A model generated the notes under the pieces. The model was not told the DNA's origin, did no database searches, and saw only the letters and a list, made by a program, of their open reading frames with translations. Of a DNA stretch of 57,927 nucleotides, positions 27,187 to 37,220 are shown in pieces (the first letter of the stretch is position 1; every line of letters starts with the position of its first letter). The stretch covers positions 1 through 57,927 of the forward strand of contig JAQBGU010000103.1 of the NCBI GenBank assembly GCA_032128375.1, written 5' to 3'. The stretch comes from Deltaproteobacteria bacterium (GTDB lineage: Bacteria; Myxococcota_A; UBA9160; SMWR01). Made by a program: the position numbers and the translations under genes.

Positions 27187-28917
27187 TTGAAGGCACGACT
27201 CTGGGTGGCTTGGCTGGTCTGTGCAGGGCTGGCGGGTTGTGCGACGGAAGCTGGGGCACCGCACCCCGCATCGAAGCCCGTCGTTTCGGATTCTGCAGCC
27301 GAGGGGGCGCACGATCATGCGCACACCCAGGTGAGCGGACGCTACGTGCCCGAAGGAGCCGGAGCGCCACTGTTCGGCGATCTGGGTGACTACCGCCGTT
27401 CGATCGGGAGCGATTCTGAACTCGCCGAGCGCTACTTCAACCAGGGCTTGCTACTGGCATACGGTTTCAACCACGCCGAATCGCGTCGCTCGTTCCGCGA
27501 GGCCTCCCGACAGGACCCGAGCTGTGGGATCTGCGCCTGGGGAGAGGCGTACGTGCTGGGGCCCAACATCAACAAGCCGATGGATGACGCCGATGTTCCC
27601 GCAGCCTTCGAAGCCGTGCAGCGCGCTGTTGCTGCCAAGGCTTCGGCCACACCCGTCGAACGCGCACTGATCGATGCGCTCGCTACCCGGTATGTCGCCG
27701 AACCGGTCGCAGATCGGTCTTCACTCGACCTCGCTTACGCGGCTGCGATGCGCGAAGTCGCCGTCGCGTTTCCCGATGACCTCGAGGCACAGACCTTGTC
27801 AGCGGAGGCGCTGATGGACACCATGCCGTGGGACTACTACGTGGATCCGGACACGCCCAAACCGATGACAATCGACGTGTTGGCTGGGCTCGAACAGGTC
27901 ATGGCGCGCAACCCGCAGCATCCCGGCGCTCTGCATCTCTACATTCATGCCATCGAGCCCTCGAACCATCCCGAGCGCGGCGAGAGCGCAGCGGATACGT
28001 TGGGCCCGTTGGCCCCGGGCGCCGGGCACCTCGTCCATATGCCGTCTCACATCTATTTGCGAGTGGGGCGCTACTACGACGCGTCGGTCGCGAATGAAAA
28101 AGCCGCTGGGGCGGACGAGTCTTACATCAGCCAGTGTCGTGTGCAGGGCTTCTATCCGGCCGCCTACTATCCCCACAACGTGCACTTCCTGTACGCCTCG
28201 GCAGCGTTCGAAGGACGTAGCGAAGTTTCGATCGGCGCGGCGCGAAAGCTCTCGTCGAACATGACACCGGAGGTAGTCTCCGCGGTGCCGATCGCGGAAG
28301 AGTTCGCGCCGATGGAGTGGTTCGCGTTGGCGCGGTTTGGAAGATGGCAGGAGCTGGTCGCTGCCAACGCACCAAACACGGCATGGCGCTATGTGACCGG
28401 AGCGTGGCGCTACGTCCGCGGAATGGCGCAGGCCGCGTTGGGGAATCAGCAGGCAGCCGAAGAGGAACTGGCGGTTTTGCTTGCCATCGCGGCCGAGCCT
28501 GCACTCGGCGAACTCGTATTCGCGTCGGGCGCCACGCCGGCGAAGCTCTTGTCGCTCGGCGCCCAGGTGTTGGCGGCGCGTATTGCCTCCGAGTCGGGGC
28601 GCTTGCAGGATGCGGTCGCGCTGCTTCAGTCAGCTGTCGCGCTTCAGGATGCGCTGCCGTACACCGAACCGCCGCCGTGGTATTTTCCGACCCGCGAGGC
28701 TCTGGGACACGCCCTGATTCAGTTGGGCGATGCGAGCGCTGCTGAATCCGTCTTCCGAGAACAGCTCGAGCACACACCGAGAAACGGTTGGTCGCTGCTG
28801 GGACTTTCGCAGAGTCTTCGCCAGCAAGGGAAGCAGCAGGAAGCCGCCGCGGCCGCGTCCCAGTTCGCCGAAGTATGGCAGCGCGCGGACGTTGAGCCCG
28901 AATCGGCGGTGTATTGA
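27187..28917 (+). CDS. TPR-like lipoprotein
   Basis: Lipobox LAGC; YFNQGL..YGFNHAES, HPGALHLYIH, HLVHMPSHIY and PRNGWSL; helical repeats. Confidence 0.82.
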   Translation: MKARLWVAWLVCAGLAGCATEAGAPHPASKPVVSDSAAEGAHDHAHTQVSGRYVPEGAGAPLFGDLGDYRRSIGSDSELAERYFNQGLLLAYGFNHAESRRSFREASRQDPSCGICAWGEAYVLGPNINKPMDDADVPAAFEAVQRAVAAKASATPVERALIDALATRYVAEPVADRSSLDLAYAAAMREVAVAFPDDLEAQTLSAEALMDTMPWDYYVDPDTPKPMTIDVLAGLEQVMARNPQHPGALHLYIHAIEPSNHPERGESAADTLGPLAPGAGHLVHMPSHIYLRVGRYYDASVANEKAAGADESYISQCRVQGFYPAAYYPHNVHFLYASAAFEGRSEVSIGAARKLSSNMTPEVVSAVPIAEEFAPMEWFALARFGRWQELVAANAPNTAWRYVTGAWRYVRGMAQAALGNQQAAEEELAVLLAIAAEPALGELVFASGATPAKLLSLGAQVLAARIASESGRLQDAVALLQSAVALQDALPYTEPPPWYFPTREALGHALIQLGDASAAESVFREQLEHTPRNGWSLLGLSQSLRQQGKQQEAAAAASQFAEVWQRADVEPESAVY

Positions 28918-28931
28918 AGGGAGCAGCAGGC

Positions 28932-29063
28932 ACGGCGGGCTGTTGAAAAAGAGGTTCTCGCTGTGAATCAAGCCTTCTACGAGACGTTTCGATCCAAAGA
29001 TCCGCACCAGCGACGCCACAGCCGTCCGTTCAATCGGGCGCTCGGCCCCACCGGATACAGTAG
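28932..29063 (+). pseudogene. Remnant of a SnoaL/NTF2-like gene
   Basis: RBS AAGGGAG, then ACG (possibly a decayed ATG) and AVEKEVLAVNQAFYETFRSKD, the typical SnoaL N-helix. It is joined out of frame to a Pro-rich tail APATPQPSVQSGARPHRIQ*. Confidence 0.5.
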
Positions 29064-29102
29064 TGGCGGCCTGCGGCTGCATGCACTCGAAGAGCTTGTA
29101 GG

Positions 29103-31598
29103 TCAGAATACGACCTCGTCCTCGATGAGCGAGTCGATTTCCAGACCCGTCAAACCGAGAATGTCCTTCAGCACGTGTTCGTTGTGCTGGCCGAGCAGCG
29201 GGGCCGGGCCAGGGATCCGCGCTCCGTCCATTCTCCAGGGCGGACCGACAACTTTCACCTCACCGAGCAACGGATGCTCGACAGACTGGTAGATGCCGCG
29301 CTCGGACAGGTGGTGGTCAGAAGCCAGACTCTTGCCGCTGTGCACGATTGCGGCGGCGACCCCGGCGGACTGCAGGGCTTCAACTGATTCGGTGTTGGAG
29401 CGCTGCGCGGTCCAACGCTCGAGGATTTCGTCGAGCGCGTCGTGGTGTTTCAGGCGCGACTCGGGCGTTGCGAACTCGGCCCCTTCGAGCTGCGGGTCTG
29501 CGATGACGGACGTCAGTGCCATCCAGTCCGACTCGCTGGTCACCGCAATCGTGACCCATTGAGGATCTCCCGCGCGGTCGAGACACCGGTAGCAACCCTG
29601 CGGTGCCGACGTTGAATCGCGATTGCCGATTCGATGCGGAATGCGCCCGTTGAGTCCGTAGCCGACGAAGGCTTCCCCCATCATCGAACTGATCACCTCG
29701 GTCGAGGAGAGGTCGATGTTCTGGCCCTCACCCGTGCGCTTGCGGTGGATCAGTGCTGCAAGCACAGCGAACGCCGAAGCCGTGCCGACGCGGAGATCCA
29801 CCGAACCACTCAGCGCGATCGGGGGTTCATCGGGGTGGCCGGAGATGTCGACCATGCCCGAAAGACAGGCGAATGTCGGCGCATACCCCGTATAGGTGCG
29901 CTCGGGTCCAGTGGCGCCCATCGCCGACGACGAAAGCATGATCAGGTCCGGCTTGATGACCTGCAGCTCTGGGTAGCCGAGACCCATTCGATCGAGGACG
30001 CCCGGTCGCATGTTCTGCAACACGATGTCGCATTGCGCGACGAGCTTCTTGACGAGGACCCGCGCGCCGGTCTTTTTCAGGTTGAGAGTCAACGAACGCT
30101 TGCCGAGGTTGAGATCGTTGAAGACCGGGGAGGCATCGATGCCTCCCGTGAGGCTGCCGGCGGTCAGTGTGTGAACCCTCGAGTGATCGAGCCGCGCGCG
30201 GCTTTCGATCTTGATGACCTCTGCGCCGAGCATCGACAGCAGTAGCGAACCCTGTGGGCCGGCCCACGCCCACGTGAAATCGGCCACGCGAATGCCCGAC
30301 AGAGGGCCCGGCTGCCGGCTCGCATCCGTCATCAGAGGACCGCCCGGTCGGCGCAAGACTTCAATCGAACCACCAAGCGAGTCGCCGTTGACGTCCGGGT
30401 TGTGTTGCCCGAGCAGAGGCGCAGCACTGCCGACCCAGTCCGATCCCGAAAAACGATACGCACCGGTCGGGTAGTCGATCGGCCCGACCTCTGGATGAAT
30501 CAGCTCTCGAAAGAATTTGCGCTCGCGCGCCTGGTTCCAGGCCATCACCTCTTCGACATTGCGTACCGGACCCGACGGCGTGCCGTGGTTCTGCGCCATG
30601 TGATAGATCTCGTCGCGGGTTCGTTCCGCGGCCCATTGACCGATGTGCCGCTGGATCTCTTCCATCCGCTCCACGCGTTGTGCCGGGTCTTTGCACCAGT
30701 CGGCCTGGCCCCACTCCGGCCTGCCCATTGCGTCGAGAAGGCCTTCCCACTGGCGCGGTTCGAGCGTGTTGATGATCAGGTAGCCGTCTTTGGCCTGTAC
30801 CAGGCCGCCCGGTCCACGTCCGGAGAAGGGGTCTGGCTCGTTTGCGAAGCGGCCAATGGTGACACGCTCGAGTCCCATCATCGCCTCTTGCTTGGACACG
30901 TCGACGTGTTGGCCACGGCCATTGAGTTCGCGTCCGAGTACCGCGGCCAGTGTGCCGACGGCGGCCATCAAGCCAGCATCGTATTCGCCGAGGTAACCGC
31001 CCGCCTTCGACGCCGCGCGCGAAAGCGGGATCGATTGACGCTGAAACGGCGAAGCGTGTCCAGCCGAGTGGTACAGGTTCAAGTGCTCGCTCTTGTGCGC
31101 GCGATTTGGGCCGGTTTGCCCAAACGGGGTGATCGACGTGACGATCAGGCGGGAGTTGGTGTCGGCGAGAGCCGCGTACCCGAGCCCGAGTCCCGCGAGT
31201 TCGCCCGGCGGCCGATCCTCGACGAGGATGTCGACTCCGGAGGCCAGCCGCCCGAAGGTCTCGCGTCCCGTTTGGGACGCGAGATCCAGCGTCACCGAGC
31301 GCTTGCTGGTATTCAAGTAGAGGAACAGCGCACTTCGCTCGGCGTGGGGCACGTCCTGCGGAAACGGCCCGAGCAGCCGCGATCGATCACCCGTGCCGGG
31401 GCGCTCCAGTTTGATGACATCAGCTCCCAGGTCTCCCAACAGCTTTGCGCAGTAGGGGGCCGCGACCATTTCGCCAACCTCGAGGACGCGGAGCCCGCAC
31501 AGAGGGCCGGGTCGGGTCGAGGCTGCGGGTGTTGAGCGATCGGCAGTCGGTGGATGCTCAGCGCGGGTTTTGGCGTGGTGATCGTCGGAATCGGGCAT
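29103..31598 (-). CDS. Tandem CaiB/BaiF (family III) CoA-transferase; two subunit genes read as one ORF
   Basis: Two full domains: GPLCGLRVLE...GADVIKLE...APLLGQH and GPLSGIRVADF...GAEVIKIE...APLLGQH. The second ATG is at 30332. Confidence 0.88.
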   Translation of the reverse strand: MPDSDDHHAKTRAEHPPTADRSTPAASTRPGPLCGLRVLEVGEMVAAPYCAKLLGDLGADVIKLERPGTGDRSRLLGPFPQDVPHAERSALFLYLNTSKRSVTLDLASQTGRETFGRLASGVDILVEDRPPGELAGLGLGYAALADTNSRLIVTSITPFGQTGPNRAHKSEHLNLYHSAGHASPFQRQSIPLSRAASKAGGYLGEYDAGLMAAVGTLAAVLGRELNGRGQHVDVSKQEAMMGLERVTIGRFANEPDPFSGRGPGGLVQAKDGYLIINTLEPRQWEGLLDAMGRPEWGQADWCKDPAQRVERMEEIQRHIGQWAAERTRDEIYHMAQNHGTPSGPVRNVEEVMAWNQARERKFFRELIHPEVGPIDYPTGAYRFSGSDWVGSAAPLLGQHNPDVNGDSLGGSIEVLRRPGGPLMTDASRQPGPLSGIRVADFTWAWAGPQGSLLLSMLGAEVIKIESRARLDHSRVHTLTAGSLTGGIDASPVFNDLNLGKRSLTLNLKKTGARVLVKKLVAQCDIVLQNMRPGVLDRMGLGYPELQVIKPDLIMLSSSAMGATGPERTYTGYAPTFACLSGMVDISGHPDEPPIALSGSVDLRVGTASAFAVLAALIHRKRTGEGQNIDLSSTEVISSMMGEAFVGYGLNGRIPHRIGNRDSTSAPQGCYRCLDRAGDPQWVTIAVTSESDWMALTSVIADPQLEGAEFATPESRLKHHDALDEILERWTAQRSNTESVEALQSAGVAAAIVHSGKSLASDHHLSERGIYQSVEHPLLGEVKVVGPPWRMDGARIPGPAPLLGQHNEHVLKDILGLTGLEIDSLIEDEVVF

Positions 31599-31822
31599 CG
31601 ACCTACAATGGCGCAATTGACGTAATCGGTCGAACCGACGCAACGCCGCCCGTGCACGACACTCGATTTCAGAAGTGCGGAAACTTTCCTCTTGCGTCGA
31701 ATCCGGACACGATGGCAGTATCAGCGCGCTCGCGCTTTGCGGCGTCGAGCAGCATCCGAGTGCGAATTGCAAGTTGTTCACATGTCGAGGCGAGTCGGGC
31801 GGCGGCAATCAGGAGACACCAC

Positions 31823-32311
31823 ATGACGAATTTCGCACGAGCAGAAGTGACCCGCACCTACGAGCGCTATGTCGAAACGCGACGTCGCGTCGAGGCGGGC
31901 GAATTGGGTTGGGATGCACTCGCGGCGTTCTTTACCGAGGATGCGGTCTTCATCGATCCCGCCTGGGGTCGCGTGGAGGGGATCGATGAGATCCGGAAAT
32001 TTCTGGCCGAGAGCATGCAAGGGCTCGACGGTTGGGATTTTCCCCACCACTGGACGATGGTCGACGGCAATCGCTTGTTGGCGCGCTGGACGAATCGCCT
32101 GCCGGGCGAACGCGCGGACGGAAGCCGCTACGAAGCGCCCGGATACTCGCTGATGATCTATGCTGGCGACGGCAGGTTCTCGTACGAAGAGGACCTGCTC
32201 AACATGACCCACATTGGCGAGTTGATGCGGGACAGCGGTTGGAAGCCCAATGGCGTGATGAACGTTCCACCGAGCCATCCCGTCCGACGCCCGTTCGACG
32301 GAGAGAGCTGA
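31823..32311 (+). CDS. NTF2/SnoaL-like protein
   Basis: AGGAG RBS; WDALAAFFTEDAVFIDPAWG and YAGDGRFSYEED. Confidence 0.85.
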   Translation: MTNFARAEVTRTYERYVETRRRVEAGELGWDALAAFFTEDAVFIDPAWGRVEGIDEIRKFLAESMQGLDGWDFPHHWTMVDGNRLLARWTNRLPGERADGSRYEAPGYSLMIYAGDGRFSYEEDLLNMTHIGELMRDSGWKPNGVMNVPPSHPVRRPFDGES

Positions 32312-32356
32312 CCGCAACACACAGGTTCGCACGAATCACCAAACCAGGAGACTCAT

Positions 32357-33220
32357 ATGAAATTTGGACTCGCCTTTGCCAGCAGTGTCGGCACCGATCG
32401 CGACTCCTCGCTCGAACTGTGCCGACGAGCGGAAGCGCTTGGGTTCGATTCGCTGTGGGGCGGAGAGCATGTGATCGTACCCGCTCTGATCGATTCGCCG
32501 TATCCGTATACACCCGATGGCGAAATGCCGGGTGAGGAAGATACGATGATTCCCGATCCGCTGATCTGGCTCGCCTACGTGGCGGCCGCGGCACCAACGC
32601 TGCGTCTGGGCACCTGCATCCTGATCCTCCCGCAGCGCAATCCGATTGTGCTTGCGAAGGAACTCGCGACACTCGACCACCTCTCCGGCGGCCGGGTCGA
32701 GCTCGGGATCGGGGTCGGGTGGATGCGAGAGGAATTCAACGTTCTCGGTGTTCCGTGGGAGCGCCGGGGTGCCCGAACCGACGAATACGTGGCTGTAATG
32801 AAGGCGCTTTGGGCGGGCACGAAGGCCGAGTTCCATGGGGAATTCGTCGATTTTCCAGCGGTCACCTGCAGTCCGCGCCCGCTTCAGGCGTCGATTCCGA
32901 TCATGGTTGGCGGCGACACGCCGGCCGCGATGCGCCGCGCGGCACGCTATGGCGACGGTTACTTCCCCGGCACGACCGACCCGGAGCAGTTGCGGGCGCG
33001 CATAGTCGACATGCGGTCCGCTGCTGTTGCCGAGAGGCGCGATCCTGATTCGATCGAGATCAACGCGATCTTTGGACCGCAGATCGCGGACCCGGTGGCA
33101 GGCGTCGAGCAATTCGAGAAATTCGGTGTGGATCGAGCCATGATCCCGGCGTTTTTCTTTGCCGGGCCCGGCGGGCTGGATCGGCTGGAAGTCTTCGCAG
33201 AAAAGGCGATCGCCGGCTGA
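32357..33220 (+). CDS. LLM-class (probable F420-dependent) oxidoreductase
   Basis: GFDSLWGGEH, DPLIWL, LPQRNP..LAKELATLDHLSGGRVELGIGVGW. Confidence 0.9.
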   Translation: MKFGLAFASSVGTDRDSSLELCRRAEALGFDSLWGGEHVIVPALIDSPYPYTPDGEMPGEEDTMIPDPLIWLAYVAAAAPTLRLGTCILILPQRNPIVLAKELATLDHLSGGRVELGIGVGWMREEFNVLGVPWERRGARTDEYVAVMKALWAGTKAEFHGEFVDFPAVTCSPRPLQASIPIMVGGDTPAAMRRAARYGDGYFPGTTDPEQLRARIVDMRSAAVAERRDPDSIEINAIFGPQIADPVAGVEQFEKFGVDRAMIPAFFFAGPGGLDRLEVFAEKAIAG

Positions 33221-33230
33221 GTGTTCCGCG

Positions 33231-33659
33231 TCAGCTCGGGACTGGCATCGCGCTGAGATCGCTCGGCCCCATGTAGTGAATCTGCATGCGTCGCTTCGCG
33301 AACAGCCATTTGCCCTCTTCGACGACGTATTGGTCGTGATAGGTCCCGAGCAACAGGCTGCCGGGCCCTTCACCGAACTTCGCGAACTCGACCGTCGGGA
33401 ACTGTCCGGTACCGCGCTCGCCGCTCGCTTCGATTTGAATTTTGCCCTCGCCGGCCAGTTGGTAGACGAACATGATTCCGCCCATTAGTTTGTTCCAGTG
33501 CTCGAGCAACGCTTCGCGGCCTTTGGGCGCCTGACCCATCAGCTCCCACACTCCCTCTTTCGCCCATGTCGATTGCCATGAAGCACCATCGCGCGAGACC
33601 ACGGACTGCGCGTACTGAGAGACGAGGCTTCGGACTGCAGATTCAGCGGATGTCGACAT
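33231..33659 (-). CDS. SnoaL-like/NTF2 protein
   Basis: YAQSVVSRDGASW, GTYHDQYV..GKWLFAKR; AGGAG RBS. Confidence 0.82.
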   Translation of the reverse strand: MSTSAESAVRSLVSQYAQSVVSRDGASWQSTWAKEGVWELMGQAPKGREALLEHWNKLMGGIMFVYQLAGEGKIQIEASGERGTGQFPTVEFAKFGEGPGSLLLGTYHDQYVVEEGKWLFAKRRMQIHYMGPSDLSAMPVPS

Positions 33660-33785
33660 ACGGTCTCCTGGTTGGGAAGCAGATTCGCGAAGCCCGCATT
33701 GTAGGACAGACAACGCGATCCGATAGACCGAGACAGATAGCGTTCACGAACCGCGCTACTGTGTCTCCAGACCAGCAACCGCGAG

Positions 33786-34373
33786 GTGGCCGCCGTGAGC
33801 GACGAAGACCCCACCTACTTCACGCAGATGAAAGACGGCACGCGCGAGGACTACGCAAAGATCGCCCGTCACTCTCTGCGCTTCTTCCAGGGGCTCCCGG
33901 ATCGGATCTTGCGGCATCTCGAGCTACTGCAGGGCGATACGGGAGGCTACGTCGTCGATCGGCTCACGCACAGCTTGCAGTCGTCGACCCGTGCCGTGCG
34001 TGATGGCCGCGACGAACCGTACGTGGTGTGTGCGTTGATTCACGATATCGGCGACACGCTGGCTTCGACGAACCATTCCGAACTCGCCGCGGTGATCCTC
34101 GAACCCTTCGTGTCGGAGAAAAACCACTGGATCGTGAAGCACCACGGTATCTTCCAGGGCTACTACTTCTTCCATCACTTCGACCTCGATCGCAAGCTGC
34201 GCGATCGCTATCGGGACAGTGAGTACTTCACCGACTGCGCGGAGTTCTGCGAACTGTACGACCAAAATTGTTTCGATCCCGATTATGACACGATGCCGTT
34301 GTCGGAGTTCGAGCCGATGCTGCGGCGCGTGTTCGCCAAGCCGATTCGCTCGATATACGCACCCGACACTTGA
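33786..34373 (+). CDS. HD-domain protein (PhnZ/TmpB-related)
   Basis: HSLQSSTRA, ALIHDIGD, NHSE, HHGIFQ and YDQNCFD. Confidence 0.82.
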   Translation: MAAVSDEDPTYFTQMKDGTREDYAKIARHSLRFFQGLPDRILRHLELLQGDTGGYVVDRLTHSLQSSTRAVRDGRDEPYVVCALIHDIGDTLASTNHSELAAVILEPFVSEKNHWIVKHHGIFQGYYFFHHFDLDRKLRDRYRDSEYFTDCAEFCELYDQNCFDPDYDTMPLSEFEPMLRRVFAKPIRSIYAPDT

Positions 34374-34410
34374 TCTCTCATTCACGCGCAAGAACAGGTC
34401 TGCCTTGTAG

Positions 34411-35868
34411 ATGACCGTGAAATCGCGTCGGTGTAGGGTCGTGGCTGCGCTCTTGTTGGCAGCGGTGTGGTTGGGTCGTGGGGCGGCTGCAGCCGACGTG
34501 GTACCCAAGGCGGCCGTGATGGCTTCCATCGAGGCATCCCGGTCTACCTACGCGGCGATCGCCCACGAGATTTGGGAATGGGCCGAAGTCGGGTATCAAG
34601 AGGACAAGAGCTCCGCCCGACTTCAGGCTCAGCTTCGCGCGGCTGGTTTCGATATCGAATCCGAAGTTGCCGGAATGCCGACTGCGTTCATCGCCAGCTA
34701 CGGCAGCGGTTCGCCGGTCATCGCGCTGCTTGCCGAGTTCGACGCATTGCCGGGCTTGTCGCAGGCCGCGGTGCCGAATCGGGAACCGGTGGCGGAAGGA
34801 GCGGCGGGCCATGGCTGTGGCCATCATCTGTTTGGTGCCGGCTCCGTCGCGGCCGCAGCCGCGCTGCGCGATTGGATGGAACGATCCCAGGTGAATGGCA
34901 CGCTGCGCGTCTACGGCACACCGGCAGAAGAGGGCGGCTCCGGCAAGGTGTACCTGACACGGGCGGGACACTTCGACGACGTCGATGTCGCGTTGCATTG
35001 GCACCCATCGGATCGAAACCAAACTTTTGCGAGCGCGACACTCGCCAACAAATCGGCCGAATTCCGCTTCGTCGGTGAGGCCGCGCACGCCGCGCGGAGC
35101 CCCGAGCGTGGCCGCTCTGCGCTCGACGGTGTCGAGGCGATGGACTTCATGGTCAATCTGATGCGGGAGCACATTCCAGAAAAGGCGCGCATCCACTATG
35201 TGATTACCAATGGCGGCGATGCGCCGAATATCGTGCCGGAACGCGCTGCGGTGTATTACTACGTTCGTCATCCCGAACCCGATGTACTCGAAAACTTGTG
35301 GGAACGGGTCGAGGCCGCGGCGGCTGGTGCCGCACTGGGTACGGGAACCCGGGTCGAACACGAGGTGATGCACGGCAACTTCAGCCTGCTTCCCAACGAC
35401 GTGCTGACCCGCCAGATCGACGCCAACTTGCAAGATCTCGGAGGAGTGATCTACGACGAACAAGAGCAGGCGTTCGCAACGAAGCTGCGCGCCAACCTTC
35501 GCGAGCCCGACCTCGAGCTCGGCTCCGAGCGCGCGGTGCAGCCGCTGACTGACGAGTTCTGGATGGCATCAACCGACGTCGGGGACGTGAGCTGGAACGT
35601 GCCGACGGCGGGAGTGCGAATCGCGACCTGGGTGCCGGGCACCGCGCCGCACAGTTGGCAAGCGGTCGCGGCCGGCGGAATGTCGATTGGGAGCAAGGGC
35701 ATGATGCTCGCCGCCAAGGTACTGGCAGCCACGGCAATCGACCTTTTCCTCGACCCCGACCTCACCGCGGCCGCAAGAACGGAACTCGAAAGGCGCCGCG
35801 GACCGAATTTCGACTACACGCCGCTGCTCGGCAATCGGGCCCCGCCACTCGATTATCGCAATCGCTGA
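34411..35868 (+). CDS. Exported M20 amidohydrolase (AbgB-like)
   Basis: Signal peptide; EFDALPGL, GHGCGHH, PAEEGG, HWHP and STDVGDVSW. Confidence 0.88.
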   Translation: MTVKSRRCRVVAALLLAAVWLGRGAAAADVVPKAAVMASIEASRSTYAAIAHEIWEWAEVGYQEDKSSARLQAQLRAAGFDIESEVAGMPTAFIASYGSGSPVIALLAEFDALPGLSQAAVPNREPVAEGAAGHGCGHHLFGAGSVAAAAALRDWMERSQVNGTLRVYGTPAEEGGSGKVYLTRAGHFDDVDVALHWHPSDRNQTFASATLANKSAEFRFVGEAAHAARSPERGRSALDGVEAMDFMVNLMREHIPEKARIHYVITNGGDAPNIVPERAAVYYYVRHPEPDVLENLWERVEAAAAGAALGTGTRVEHEVMHGNFSLLPNDVLTRQIDANLQDLGGVIYDEQEQAFATKLRANLREPDLELGSERAVQPLTDEFWMASTDVGDVSWNVPTAGVRIATWVPGTAPHSWQAVAAGGMSIGSKGMMLAAKVLAATAIDLFLDPDLTAAARTELERRRGPNFDYTPLLGNRAPPLDYRNR

Positions 35869-36038
35869 TCGCGGTAGGCCTCGATCAGCGCCAATTGGAG
35901 CTGCGGCGAGAAGTGGCTGACGCGCGCAGTGACCGCTGTCGGACCCCTACCCAAGCGGCTGCCGATAGTGGGCAGGGTTTGACGCGAGCGTGAGGCGCAT
36001 CACAGCGTCTTGTGGAGCAATCCGCGACATTGTTCAGC

Positions 36039-36689
36039 ATGCGGAAGATGCGCGGACGACGAAGCAACTTCTCAGTGTGTGTGATTCCGTTGCTGATGAT
36101 CTCCTCCGCGACGTCGGCGTCCTGTCCAGTCGACGGTCCGGCAGCGAATCCTTTCGCTGCGGCGAGAGACATCTACCAGGCGGGTGCCCCGGTTGACCCT
36201 GAATCGCTCGGGGAGGGAACACTGGTGGCGTTCGCAGTAGTCGACGCCCGCCCAGAACAGGTCTGGAGTGTGCTGACCGACTTCGATGCCTGGCCGCGGG
36301 TTTTCAGCGACATTCAAAGCGTTGTTGTCCAGCCGTTGGATTCGGGGTCTGTCTCGGTGCGTCGATCGAATCTGCGGTTCGGCTGGTCGATTGAATACAC
36401 CTCCGTATCGACACCACGACCCGAGCAGGGACGCATCGAGTTCCGGCTCGACCCCAATCACCGCCACGACGTCGCGGAAGTGAGCGGCGTCTGGGAAATT
36501 CGGCCCAGCACCGATGGCGCGATGACGCGCTTGGCTCTCTACTCGAGGGTGGAGTCGGGTCTGCCGATTCCGCGCTTTGTCGAGCGCCGGCTGCTGCAGA
36601 GCTCACTGGAACATCGGATTGCGGAAGTTGCCGCGGAGGCGAAAACGCGCTGTATCAGTCGCCATGTGGTTGCGGACTCATCGCAGTAG
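36039..36689 (+). CDS. SRPBCC/polyketide-cyclase family protein (start uncertain)
   Basis: VVDARPEQVWSVLTDFDAWP and GVWEIRP...LPIPRFVERRL. Confidence 0.7.
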   Translation: MRKMRGRRSNFSVCVIPLLMISSATSASCPVDGPAANPFAAARDIYQAGAPVDPESLGEGTLVAFAVVDARPEQVWSVLTDFDAWPRVFSDIQSVVVQPLDSGSVSVRRSNLRFGWSIEYTSVSTPRPEQGRIEFRLDPNHRHDVAEVSGVWEIRPSTDGAMTRLALYSRVESGLPIPRFVERRLLQSSLEHRIAEVAAEAKTRCISRHVVADSSQ

Positions 36690-36707
36690 TCCGGCGACAC
36701 GAAATTC

Positions 36708-37176
36708 CTACGGGGTATCCAGCCCTCGAGGTTTCCAGGCGCGATCCGGGTCAGGTACGCGATACAGTTCTGCGGCATTAGCGAACAACACCTGGTGTTG
36801 TACTTCCGGTGTGTGGTCGCCCCAGGCGGCGTCGATTTTTTCGCGAACGTTGCCATACAGGCAGATCGGGTGTGGGTAGTCGGTTTCGAACATCACGCGG
36901 TCGGCTCCGATCGCATCCAGCATATGGCGTGGCGCAAACTCTTCGAAGAACGAACACGCCCAGACCTGTTCGCGCATGTACTCGCTGGGCAGTCGCTCGA
37001 ATTCTGGACGCTCGCCGCGCACGTCGGTGTACTCGAATCCGTGGTCCATTGCCTCTTTGACAAACGGAATCCAGCCGATTCCACTTTCGATGGAGGCGAT
37101 TCGGAGGCCTGGGTTTCGCGGCAGAATTCCGGACATCACGATGTCCATCATTTGAATCCCAGCCGTCGTACTTCAT
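36708..37176 (-). pseudogene. Amidohydrolase_2 gene with a large out-of-frame internal deletion
   Basis: Strong RBS GAGGAGG + ATG MKYDG. Within about 6 codons the sequence switches frame into the C-terminal third (GIQMMDIVMSGIL...ESGIGW...FETDYPHP...NAAELY). Confidence 0.75.
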
Positions 37177-37220
37177 TCCAACCTCCTCGGTTTCGAGTGA
37201 GTCGCGTAAACCCCGGCGGT

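Noticed and set aside
28938..28950. GGCTGTTGAAAAA resembling an IS/MITE terminal repeat
   Set aside because: No partner inverted end or transposase; better explained as codons AVEK of the SnoaL-like remnant.
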